Source of the DNA: an uncultured delta proteobacterium
GTDB lineage: Bacteria > Desulfobacterota > BSN033 > UBA1163
Reading direction: 5' to 3'
DNA length: 64,000 nt
Assembly (NCBI GenBank): GCA_963708295.1
Contig: CAVPSJ010000013.1
Location: forward strand, 32,001 to 96,000
Numbering within the stretch: position 1 is the stretch's first letter; every line of letters starts with the position of its first letter. Shown one piece after another: positions 9,980 to 19,462 of the stretch. The notes beneath the pieces are model-generated. The model ran no database searches, was not told the DNA's origin, and was given only the letters and a program-made list of their open reading frames with translations. The translations under genes were made by a program, and so were the position numbers.

Positions 9980-10845
9980 AATATGAGGGAATGATCTTCC
10001 GGCCTCCTAGCGAGGCAGACAGCCTGATTCTCCAAGTCACGGTAGGATGCTCTTATAATCGGTGTACTTTTTGCGCGGCTTATCAAGGGAAGCGTTTTCG
10101 GATCAAGAGTCTCGAAGAGATCAAAGAGGACGTCGATGAAGTGAGTTCTTACAAGATTCGAAGAGTGTTTCTGGCGGATGGGGATGCCCTGAGCATTCCC
10201 CAAAAAGGACTGATCCAAATCCTATCCTATCTCCACGCGAAATTGAAAGGGCTCGAAAGGGTAGGGATCTACGCGAATGCAAAGGATATCCTTCGAAAGG
10301 ATGTGGAGGAGCTCAAGGCCCTGAAAGACCTGGGTTTGGGAATTCTCTATCTGGGTCTGGAATCAGGTGACCCGGAGATATTGAAACGAATTAAGAAAAA
10401 TGCCACCGTGGACCAATTGATCCGTGCCGGGAAAAGGGTGAAGGAATCCGGGATGGCTCTTTCAGTCACTGTGATTCTGGGCATCGGGGGGGTCAACGGC
10501 AGTCAAGCGCATGCTGTGGAGACTGGAAAGGTTCTCTCCGAGATGGACCCGGACTATGTGGGCGCTCTTTCTCTCATGATCGTCCCCGGGACACCCATCG
10601 CGAAAGAGATTGAAACGGGAACGCTGGTTTTACCAACGCCTTTCGCTCTGATCCAAGAACTGGAGACAATGATTGCAAATTGCCAATTTACCCATTGTTT
10701 TTTTGCCTCCAATCACGCCTCAAACTACCTTCCTCTTCGGATTCAAATGCCGGAAGAGAAGGAAGAAGCCCTGATGCGAATTCGGGAAGTTCTCAGAAGG
10801 AAAGACCCGGATTTGCTTCGACCGGAATACTTGAGAGCTCTGTAA
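9976..10845 (+). CDS. Radical SAM protein
   Basis: CSYNRCTFC cluster motif, RPPSEA, FLADGDA, GLESG, HASNYL; start overlaps ftsB end. Confidence 0.9.
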   Translation: MKYEGMIFRPPSEADSLILQVTVGCSYNRCTFCAAYQGKRFRIKSLEEIKEDVDEVSSYKIRRVFLADGDALSIPQKGLIQILSYLHAKLKGLERVGIYANAKDILRKDVEELKALKDLGLGILYLGLESGDPEILKRIKKNATVDQLIRAGKRVKESGMALSVTVILGIGGVNGSQAHAVETGKVLSEMDPDYVGALSLMIVPGTPIAKEIETGTLVLPTPFALIQELETMIANCQFTHCFFASNHASNYLPLRIQMPEEKEEALMRIREVLRRKDPDLLRPEYLRAL

Positions 10846-10931
10846 CAAAAGCGAATGAAATATGGGGAAGAGGAGAGAGAAGATCCGAATTGGACTTCGG
10901 GTTAAGACTTTCCTCGGTTCTTCTTGAAAGT

Positions 10932-11160
10932 TTAAGGGAGAGGTTTCAAGAGATATTGAAGATGTCGTTCCACCAGTTCCAGAATGACAACTTGGGGCCT
11001 CTCTTTTTCGATGATGGATAAATTAACGTCCGAGGGTGTGTACCATACGTAAAGGCTATCCGAAAAACTCTCAGATAGGTATGGGAGTAAGAGATCGCCG
11101 AAGGAATCTTGAAACATCAACAATTTTGGATAGGTACATTTTTCGATATGATACCGTTCG
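10932..11160 (-). pseudogene. Orphan C-terminal fragment of an AlgJ/AlgX-like protein
   Basis: MFQDSFGDLLLPYLSESFS...IIEKERPQVVILELVERHL parallels the C-terminus at 12101-12337 (VFRDSFFELVRPFLSENF...HPNLVIEERIERL). Confidence 0.75.
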
Positions 11161-11338
11161 AATACTTAAGAGCGTTATGAGAAACGAGGAGGGGGAGAGA
11201 GGGAGATGGGGAGACGTAGGTTCACATAGATTTGAGACTTCGATTCCGAAGTCCGCAATCCGAATTCCGCATTTAAGGTCGATCGGGAAGTCTATAATGT
11301 ATCGTGATTGAAACTTGAAAGAACTGGAGAATCGATTG

Positions 11339-11743
11339 ATGAAGGACATCGTGGATGTGGATATTCGGGTGAGGTACGCGGAAACAGATCAGATGGGTGT
11401 GGCTTATTATGCCAATTACCTTGTATGGTTTGAAGTAGGGCGGTCTGAGTTTTGTCGAGAAAGAGGATTCCGCTATGTTGATTTGGAGGCATTCGGATAC
11501 AAGCTTGTGGTTACCGACGTTCATTGCCGGTATCGGAGTTCGGCGCGATATGACGAAACCGTTATCGTACGAACTCGGTTGAAGGATGTCAATAAACGAA
11601 TGATCACCTTCGGCTATCAGATCCTTCGTAAAGATCACGAGGAAGAAGTGATTGCCGAGGGAGAGACCCAGCACATCTGCGTCGACTCAAACGGTAAAAC
11701 GAAGTGCCTGCCGGGAAAATTCTTGGTTTGCCTCACCGGGTAG
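11339..11743 (+). CDS. Acyl-CoA thioesterase (YbgC/FadM family)
   Basis: RVRYAETDQMGVAYYANYLVWFEVGRSE, YRSSARYD. Confidence 0.9.
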   Translation: MKDIVDVDIRVRYAETDQMGVAYYANYLVWFEVGRSEFCRERGFRYVDLEAFGYKLVVTDVHCRYRSSARYDETVIVRTRLKDVNKRMITFGYQILRKDHEEEVIAEGETQHICVDSNGKTKCLPGKFLVCLTG

Positions 11744-11748
11744 TTTCC

Positions 11749-12104
11749 TTATCTTCTCATTTTCGGGAAGATGAATGAGTCGGCAACCGAAAATCTCTCA
11801 TCCGGCTCGAGGCGTAGGACCCTGAAGGCAAAGGCGTCATTACGGTATTCTAGTTCGCAGAAGTGGAAAAAGCGAAGTTCGGGGCCAGAAAAGAGGTCTT
11901 GATAACGTTGCTTTCGGGGATTGATATAAACCTTGTGTCTTGGCCCGCCTCCTCCCCCGGAGACGATGAAGACTTTATCCTTTTTCTGAAGCCGTTCGTA
12001 GGAATGGCTATGCCCGCTGAAAAACAATCGAGTTTTTTGGAATTGAAGAAAAGGACCGGCAAAGTCAACCCGGGTTTCGTGCTCAGGGAAACCATCCCTG
12101 TCAC
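11749..12104 (-). pseudogene. Metallophosphoesterase, C-terminal fragment only
   Basis: FFSGHSHSYERL..VFIVSGGGGGP...FFHFC motif; N-terminal metal-binding motifs absent, abuts algJ stop. Confidence 0.7.
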
Positions 12105-13238
12105 TCTTTGAGACCTCTGAAGCCCAACCGTTCTATTCTCTCTTCAATGACCAGATTTGGGTGAAAGTAATCAATCATAATCTCAGCATTTTTCTGATTG
12201 TAAATCTGCCATAGGTATACCACCTGTTGAAAATTTTCTGAGAGAAACGGACGTACTAGCTCGAAAAACGAGTCCCTAAAAACCAGGACCCGCAGGTTGG
12301 CGCCTTTGCATCCCTCCATAAGAGGTTCTCCTATCATCTCCTGAGTTCTCCATCTCTATGTTTAGCTTCAAGGGTTGGGAACAAAAATGTCTCTCTTTCA
12401 ATAGAGGCCACACCTCCTTGATTGTTTCGTGCAGGCCTAACATCCTTACAAGATCACCCCCGGGACGTTCTGTCACCCGATCCGGGTGAAAATAGAAATC
12501 AAATTTAAACTGTTCTTTTGGGAACCATTGAGAGATCCTATTCATCATCTCTTTGTACCCAACAAACGCTCCGTAATCGTTCCAGTGGGAGTCCGTTTTT
12601 TGATAAAGTCGTTTTTCTGATTTGGCATTCAAGAGGCTAGGTCTCAGGTCCAGTACTGTTACATCGCGGTCCTGTTTCAGGTATTCCATTAACTGTTCGA
12701 TGCGCGTTGTGCCTTTGGCTTTTCGAAAATAATCTGGCAAATACTCCGGATAAATGGTCTGCTTATCCGGAACTAATACGAGTAGATAGTGGATACCCTG
12801 TTTTGCCAGCCAGTTGCGCTTGCGCACGTGATCTTCTCTCCAGGAATTGAGCTGTTTTTCAGTTAAAGGCAGAAGCCCGCGGAAATCATCAAGCAGTTGA
12901 TCGGCGGCATAAAAATACCAACCCTCTTTGCCAGTGATCACCTCAGGGATGCCGGACTGTCCAAATCTTTTTTTCATCTCTCTATGATATCGGCGGGTGA
13001 GTACATCCCGGAAGCCAAAATGGTCATTGTAATAGTCTTCAAATCCTTTTGGAAATTGGAGTAGGGTTTTAGAATTGAATGGGATTTCAGGGAAAGACGC
13101 TAATGCTCTTTTCTCGGTATTTGACCACCACTTTTTGTGAGAAGATAAAATACAGCAGACGGGCGGGGCACAGATGATGGTAAGGAAAAGTACGATCACG
13201 ATTGTTTCGAAAATCGTTTGAACAAAAGTTTTGTTCAT
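12101..13238 (-). CDS. algJ: AlgJ/AlgX-like SGNH O-acetyltransferase (frameshift ~12335)
   Basis: TEKRALA, YYNDHFGFR, GKEGWYFY, VPDKQTIYPEYLP, KTDSHWNDYGA, GGDL, FRDSF. Confidence 0.85.
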
Positions 13239-13246
13239 GAAAACGC

Positions 13247-14703
13247 CTAAAACTTGGAATAGATGAATGGGTTATAAGCGCTTGCAGCCAGACTGATCAC
13301 AGAGGCGTAAACAACGAACGAAAGCAATACAAGACCAGCAACATGGAAGGCAACATTTAAAGCGGCCCTGCACGTGACCGGCCCTGTTTCAAGCATGGAT
13401 GATCCTATCCGCTTGACTTAAGGGGTAAAGAGGGGCCGATAATGATGATACCCATACCTATTTCCAGCTTCAGTTTATCGCGTCAGAAACATCGCTACAT
13501 TATGTTTCACTCCTGCTCCATGGGCAAACCCGGCCATGGCCGATAGGTAGGAAACGGTGTGAGTCATGGACTCGGTTCGGAAAATGACCCAACCCACCAC
13601 AACGACTAACAGAGTGTAAATGTGCCTGAATGGCCGCGGCAACGCGTCGAGCCCGCGTCCCAGAAATGTCCGCTCGGTCGCCAAAAATAGGCCATGGAAC
13701 AACCCCCAGATTACAAAATTCCAGCTTGCCCCATGCCACAGACCGCACAAAAGAAATACAATGAGTAAATTCGTATAGGTTCTTATGGAGCTCTGTTGGT
13801 TTCCACCCAATGGGATATAGAGATAGTCCCTGAACCAGGTGGACAATGAAATGTGCCATCTTCTCCAGAATTCCCGTATTGATCGGGAGATGTAAGGATA
13901 GTTGAAATTCTCCAGATAATGGAACCCGAAGCATTCGGGCAAGACCGATCGCCATATCCGAGTATCCCGAAAAGTCAAAGTATATCTGGAGCGTGTAACA
14001 AACCGCACCCAGCCATGCCAATCCGGCTGTCAGATCCCCTGCGGGGAGGGAAAAAACCTGATCTGCGACTTTGGCCACAGAATTAGCGATCAGCATTTTT
14101 TTGCCCAGTCCGAATAGAAATTGTCTCACGCCTTCTGCAAAATCTGTCCTTGATATGGTCCTGGCTCTCGATTTCTTTTGCGATATGAGCGAAGCGAACG
14201 ATGGGACCGGCCATCAGCTGGGGAAAGAGCGATACGTAGGCACCGAGGTTTATAATATTCCTTTGGGCGATTATCTTTTGGTTATAAACGTCGATGACGT
14301 ACGACAACGCCTGGAATGTAAAAAAAGATATTCCTATTGGAAGATGAACTCGGACCAGATAGTATGGTCCGATGCCAAAGATTGCAAGGAGCGAGTTCAG
14401 GTTGGTGACAACAAAATTGGCATACTTAAAAAAAGCTAACAAGCCGAGATTTAACACAATAGCAAGGATGAGATAAACTCTGGATGTATTTGACCTCCTA
14501 TGATTCTCGATCAGCAGCCCGCAGGAAAAGTTGATGAGAATGGATGCAACCAATATGAAGAGATGAAGTCCTTCTCCCCAGGCATAAAATAACAGGCTCG
14601 CAAGTAGTAGAAATAAGTTCCGATGTCTTTTGCTGGTGAGAAAATACAATCCGAGGACGATTGGCAAGAACAAAAACAGGAAAATTACAGAACTGAAAAC
14701 CAT
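13247..14703 (-). CDS. algI: MBOAT family O-acyltransferase AlgI (several frameshifts)
   Basis: MVFSSVIFLFLFLP, LPIGISFFTFQALSY, FPQLMAGPIVR, YFDFSGYSDMAIG, FWRRWHISLS, GLWHGASWNF, YNPFIY. Confidence 0.92.
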
Positions 14704-14796
14704 GGGGCACGTGGACCTAACTAACTCCAGATAGAGGTGTTAATCTCTTCGGACTAGGGTGATACGTAAGTTTGGCTGGTCGCTTGAGTTTATAAA

Positions 14797-14836
14797 AAAC
14801 GTTATGGCATCGGTCGGAATCTTAGCGACCGATGCC
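14797..14836 (-). terminator. Intrinsic-terminator-like hairpin in the algI leader
   Basis: Perfect 11-bp stem GGCATCGGTCG/CGACCGATGCC (14806-14836) followed on the minus strand by ATAACGTTTTTT. Confidence 0.6.
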
Positions 14837-14916
14837 TTCAATATTCATTTGGAAGCCGTAGCAAGCAACCCCAGCGCTCGATCACATCTATGCAAGGAAT
14901 CACTCTAGGCACGCTC

Positions 14917-14945
14917 AATATAAGAGATGGCAGCTTATGTGTCAA
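14917..14945 (-). promoter_or_regulatory. Near-consensus sigma70 promoter upstream of algI
   Basis: Minus strand TTGACA-N17-TATATT. Confidence 0.7.
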
Positions 14946-15224
14946 GAAGGAAGCCACGCTGAGGGACGAAAGTCATAAGGGTAGCTGTGGTCAATACTGG
15001 TAATCAACACGAAAGGGGCAGGGGGATTAGGCATGTTAGCTCGCAAACCCGTCAGGCGATGGCGTGGGACGGGGAAGATCGAGAAAGCTTGGATGACGCG
15101 GAGATTTAAACTCCATCAGAATTCTGATCATTTACTTTTGTGCTCAATTCTAATTTTAGTTACTATTTCGTGAAGTTCCTGTTTTCTATTGAAAATTGAG
15201 GGGTAATAGGCTAATGTTCCAAGC

Positions 15225-16289
15225 ATGGATGGTCAGAAATTTCTCATTCTGAGGTTAAGCGCGGTGGGGGATGTGATCCGAACGCTGCCCGCGGTCAAGA
15301 CTCTGAAAGAATATTTCCCTTCCTCGACGATCACCTGGGTGGTTGAAGAACCCTCGCGATCTTTCCTGGAAAGTCAGCACGAAATTGATGAGGTCATCCT
15401 GTTTCCCAGGAAGAAATGGGCACGAGGGATGAAATCGCTGACGCAAATATGGGGAACGGTCTGGGAGATGTGGAGGTTCATCGGGGGGCTTCGGGGGCGA
15501 AAATTCGATGCGGTGCTCGATTTTCATGGGATTCTTAAAAGCGGGATCCTTTCTTTTCTATCCGGTACTCCCAGGCGGATTGGATATGACCGGAGGTCGA
15601 CGAAGGAAGGAAATTTCTTATTTTCGAACGTGAAAGTAGAGCTTCCAAAAGAAAGGATCAGTCGATTTAGAAGGAACCTCGCCCTGTTAAGAGGATTGGC
15701 GTTGGAGGCGAAAGAGCTCAAATGTGGTCTCCACGTCCCTCTGGAAGATCGGGAGTACGTGGCGTCCTTTTTCAAGGCTTCATCGGCGTCCTTGGGGAGA
15801 CCGTTGATTGCAATCCATCCAGGAACGAGCGAAAAAGCACTGTTCAAGCGATGGATGCCGGATCAATATGCCCGGGTGGCGGATCGATTGGTCGAGGAAC
15901 TCCATGCGGCCGTTCTTTTTACGTGGGGAGATAGAGAACTCGATTGGGTAGAAGGCATTCGAAAAGAGATGAAGAACCCGTCTCTTTTGGGGCCAAGAAC
16001 AGAATCGTTAACACAACTTGGAGAGGTGTATCGACACTGCGACCTTTACATCGGAGGGGATACGGGGCCGATGCACGTTGCTTCCCTGATGGGAATTCCT
16101 GCAGTCGTCATTTATGGACCGACAGATCCCGTTGAAAACGAGCCGGTTGGGAGTCACATCAAAGTGAGAAAAGAAGTGGGGTGTAATCCGTGTCACGCAT
16201 ATTCGTGCAAAGAACTTTTCTGTATAAAAGCGATCTCAGCCGATGAGGTTTTTACGGCGACCCAAGAGATGCTGGGTCTCATTCGTTAA
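15225..16289 (+). CDS. GT9 LPS heptosyltransferase (WaaC-like)
   Basis: LILRLSAVGDVIRTLP, DFHGILKSG, IHPGTS, GGDTGPMH, YGPT. Confidence 0.85.
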   Translation: MDGQKFLILRLSAVGDVIRTLPAVKTLKEYFPSSTITWVVEEPSRSFLESQHEIDEVILFPRKKWARGMKSLTQIWGTVWEMWRFIGGLRGRKFDAVLDFHGILKSGILSFLSGTPRRIGYDRRSTKEGNFLFSNVKVELPKERISRFRRNLALLRGLALEAKELKCGLHVPLEDREYVASFFKASSASLGRPLIAIHPGTSEKALFKRWMPDQYARVADRLVEELHAAVLFTWGDRELDWVEGIRKEMKNPSLLGPRTESLTQLGEVYRHCDLYIGGDTGPMHVASLMGIPAVVIYGPTDPVENEPVGSHIKVRKEVGCNPCHAYSCKELFCIKAISADEVFTATQEMLGLIR

Positions 16290-16354
16290 AAAGGTTAAGG
16301 CGTGGGCAAGGGCTTGATGCGATACTCTTTCGAACTTAATCAAGGAATGATGTT

Positions 16355-17422
16355 TTGAAACGTGATCTGAGTCCCACCGGGGGCGGAATCCAGCGCATCT
16401 TAGTAAGAGGAGTAAACTGGGTAGGGGATACGGTACTCAGTTATCCGACGGTCCAACAACTGAAGGTTTTCTTCCCGAATTCCCATTTAGCGGTCCTCGT
16501 CCCAAGCTATCTCGTTGATCTATGGAAAACATTCCCCTACGTGGACGAGATCATCCCCTTCCAGAAGAAGGGAGGCATCGGATCGATTTGGGAAGATTTA
16601 AACCTCAGCCAGTCTTTGAAGGAGAGGAATTTTGATCTGGCCGTCATTCTTCCCCGTTCTTTCCGTTCGGCTCTCCATATTTTTCTCGCTCGAATTCCAA
16701 TCCGAATCGGTTATCGAGGTGAATGGCGCTCGCTCTTTCTGACCCATGGAATTCGTCGGACAAGGGAGGTCCTTCAGGGCCACCGGGTCTATTATTACCA
16801 GAAACTGATTGAGCCGTTTGGAACGATAGAAAATCCTCCCTCCCCTCGAATATTTCTCAGGGAAGAAGATCGAAAGTGGGGAGATCGAATGTTGCAGGAC
16901 TTAGGGATTCCGGAGGGGAAACCTTTGATCGGTATGAATCCTGGGGCCGCCTATGGTTTAGCCAAATGCTGGGACCCGGGTCGATTCGGAGAATTGGGAA
17001 AGAGGCTTGCCAGTCGTTGGGAAACGAAGATCCTTCTTTTTGGGAGGGAGGGAGAGCGCCCGATCGTCTACGAGATCCTGCGCCATTTAGGTACAAAAGG
17101 AATCGACTTGACCGGGAAAACCGGTTTGCTCCAACTGGCTGCGCTCCTGGAACGTTGTACCCTCCTGGTGACCAATGATACCGGAACCATGCATGTCGCC
17201 GCTGCTGTCGGTACCCCTGTCGTCGCTCTCTTTGGATCAACACTTCCTCTCACGACGGGTCCTTGGGGGGAGGGCCATGTGGTTGCAAAAAAGGATATTC
17301 CTTGCAGTCCTTGTTGGAAGAGGATTTGTCCGACAGATCATCAGTGCATGGAGCAGATTACGGTGGATGAAGTCGAGGAGATGGTCGATAGAAAATTGGG
17401 AGAACTGATTCATAAATCGTGA
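16355..17422 (+). CDS. waaF: LPS heptosyltransferase II
   Basis: ILVRGVNWVGDTVLSYP, LPRSFRSA, NPGAAYGLAKCW, TNDTGTMHVAAA, CSPCWKRICP. Confidence 0.9.
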   Translation: MKRDLSPTGGGIQRILVRGVNWVGDTVLSYPTVQQLKVFFPNSHLAVLVPSYLVDLWKTFPYVDEIIPFQKKGGIGSIWEDLNLSQSLKERNFDLAVILPRSFRSALHIFLARIPIRIGYRGEWRSLFLTHGIRRTREVLQGHRVYYYQKLIEPFGTIENPPSPRIFLREEDRKWGDRMLQDLGIPEGKPLIGMNPGAAYGLAKCWDPGRFGELGKRLASRWETKILLFGREGERPIVYEILRHLGTKGIDLTGKTGLLQLAALLERCTLLVTNDTGTMHVAAAVGTPVVALFGSTLPLTTGPWGEGHVVAKKDIPCSPCWKRICPTDHQCMEQITVDEVEEMVDRKLGELIHKS

Positions 17423-17449
17423 ACAAGAACAGTAACCCATGGACGATGA

Positions 17450-18364
17450 ATGATGGAAAAGATTCCAGTTTCTGTCTATGTGCTCACGACAAACAATCAT
17501 CGGACGATTGAGCGGTGCCTGAGGAGCCTCTCCTGGGCTCAGGAGCTGGTGGTGATCGACTCCTTCAGCCAGGACGGGACCTTCGATATCTGCAAACGAT
17601 ATGCGGATAAATTATTTCAGAGGACATGGACAGGACATCGCGATCAGTACCAGTATGCCGCCGATCTCACCACGCAGGACTGGATCATGTTTGTGGATGC
17701 CGATGAAGAAATTCCTCCAGAATTAGCGGAGGAGATTCGGAAGGAGCTGAATGGAAAGGGAAAGGATTTGGACGGATATTTTGCTTATCGGCGTACCTAT
17801 TATCTGGGAAGATGGATTCGATACGGAGGATGGTATCCCGATGGTGAGATTCGTCTCTATCGAAAGGAGAAGGGGAGATGGGAAGGGGGCCTTCACGCTA
17901 AATTGGTGGTGAAGGGGAGGGTCGGCGTTTTGAAAAACCAGTATCATCATTATACCTATGGAAACATTTCAGACCAGATTCAGACGATCGACCGGTATTC
18001 TAAAATCGCGGCAGAAGATCTTTTTGGAAGCGGGGAAAAGTTTAGCCTTTTCAACCTTCTCTTTCACCCTCCTTTTCGGTTCATCAAAGAATACCTTCTT
18101 AAGTCAGGATTCCGGGATGGGCTGCCGGGGTTCATCATCGGCGTCTCGACCATGTATTACGTTTTTGTCAAATATGCCAAATTGTGGGAGTTGACCCGTT
18201 CGACAGCGCCCAGCCCATCTTCTGAAGGAAGAGGAGAGACGCGCCACGCAGGGTCGACCCCGAGCCTTCAACCCGATCCCAAGCCGAGGGACAAGTCCCA
18301 GCCTTTAGGCAAGGGGGCCGAAGGGTTGACCATTTCTAAGAAGGAGAAAGAGAATGGCTCCTGA
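17450..18364 (+). CDS. GT2 LPS beta-glycosyltransferase (WaaE/KdtX-like) with repeat-derived C-terminal insertion
   Basis: IDSFSQDGT, FVDADEE, GGWYPD, FRDGLPG, KYAKLWEL followed by 45 residues encoded by repeat copy 2. Confidence 0.9.
   Translation: MMEKIPVSVYVLTTNNHRTIERCLRSLSWAQELVVIDSFSQDGTFDICKRYADKLFQRTWTGHRDQYQYAADLTTQDWIMFVDADEEIPPELAEEIRKELNGKGKDLDGYFAYRRTYYLGRWIRYGGWYPDGEIRLYRKEKGRWEGGLHAKLVVKGRVGVLKNQYHHYTYGNISDQIQTIDRYSKIAAEDLFGSGEKFSLFNLLFHPPFRFIKEYLLKSGFRDGLPGFIIGVSTMYYVFVKYAKLWELTRSTAPSPSSEGRGETRHAGSTPSLQPDPKPRDKSQPLGKGAEGLTISKKEKENGS
18191..18330. repeat. Structured double-hairpin repeat, copy 2 (inside GT2 CDS)
   Basis: TTGACCC-GTTCGAC-[AGCGC..GCGCC]-ACGCA-GGGTCGA-CCCCGAGC-[longer insert]-GCCGAA-GGGTTGAC. 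Confidence 0.85.
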
Positions 18365-19352
18365 TACAGAGGTGTTTAGGGGAAGGAAGGTCCTGGTGAC
18401 AGGGGGATTGGGTTTTATTGGGTCCAACCTGTCGGCCAAGCTGGTTGGGTTAGGGGCAAAAGTGACCGTTGTGGACAATATGATGCCCCGTCTGGGAGGA
18501 AATCTTTTCAACGTCAGAGATATTGTCGACCGCATCCAGGTCAACTTCAGTGATGTGAGGGATGGCCACTCGATGGATTACCTGGTGAAAGGACAGGAGG
18601 TCATTTTTCACCTCGCGGGACAGGTGAATCATGTCGACAGTATCCGAAATCCGATTCAAGACCTGGACGTCAACTGCCGAGGAACATTGGTCCTCCTCGA
18701 ATCCTGCCGGAAATACAATCGGGAGGTTAAGATCGTTTTTGCCGGGACACGGGGAGAATATGGAGCCAGTGTGACTCTGCCGGTAGGGGAGGATCACCCG
18801 ACGAACCCCAAGGGAATTTATGCTGTCACCAATTTATCGGCCGAGAAGATGGTTCTTGTCTATCACGATGTTCACAAAATTCAGGGGGCCTGCCTCCGGA
18901 TTACGAACACATACGGCCCCCGGCATCAGATGGCCCACGATGAATATGGGGTCGTCAATTGGTTCATCCGCAAAGCCGTCGATGATGAAGTCCTTCCTGT
19001 TTTTGGTGACGGCCGGATCTTAAGAGATTTTCTTTACGTGGATGATTTGGTCGATTGCTTTTTGCAGGTATCCGCCTGTCCTCAGGCTTATGGAGAGGTG
19101 TTCAATGTGGGAACCGGTATCCCCGTCAACTTCATCGACCTGGCGAAAAAGATCGTAGCGATTGCAGGGACCGGCAGGACGGCTTTTACCCAATTCACAC
19201 AGGAGCGAAAGGAAGTCGAGCCGGGGGATTATTATACCAATATCTCCAAAATCAAGCACATGGTGAGATGGGAGCCGAAGACCGATCTGGAGGAAGGGCT
19301 CCGAAGGACGATCGAATTTTACAGAAAATATAAGAAGGAATACTGGACGTAA
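18354..19352 (+). CDS. NAD-dependent epimerase/dehydratase (extended SDR)
   Basis: VTGGLGFIGS, FHLAGQ, YAVTN, NTYGPR, RDFLYVDD. Confidence 0.9.
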   Translation: MAPDTEVFRGRKVLVTGGLGFIGSNLSAKLVGLGAKVTVVDNMMPRLGGNLFNVRDIVDRIQVNFSDVRDGHSMDYLVKGQEVIFHLAGQVNHVDSIRNPIQDLDVNCRGTLVLLESCRKYNREVKIVFAGTRGEYGASVTLPVGEDHPTNPKGIYAVTNLSAEKMVLVYHDVHKIQGACLRITNTYGPRHQMAHDEYGVVNWFIRKAVDDEVLPVFGDGRILRDFLYVDDLVDCFLQVSACPQAYGEVFNVGTGIPVNFIDLAKKIVAIAGTGRTAFTQFTQERKEVEPGDYYTNISKIKHMVRWEPKTDLEEGLRRTIEFYRKYKKEYWT

Positions 19353-19356
19353 GGAC

Positions 19357-19459
19357 ATTGCAGATTGCAGATTTCAGATCGCAAATTGAATAAGATGCAA
19401 AAATTAGAGTCTCTATTTTGGGTTTTTCAAACTGAAATCTAAAATTTGAAATTTGAAAT
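19357..19459. repeat. Paired degenerate heptamer arrays
   Basis: ATTGCAG ATTGCAG ATTTCAG ATCGCAA ATTGAAT ... ACTGAAA TCTAAAA TTTGAAA TTTGAAA. Confidence 0.7.
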
Positions 19460-19462
19460 GGG

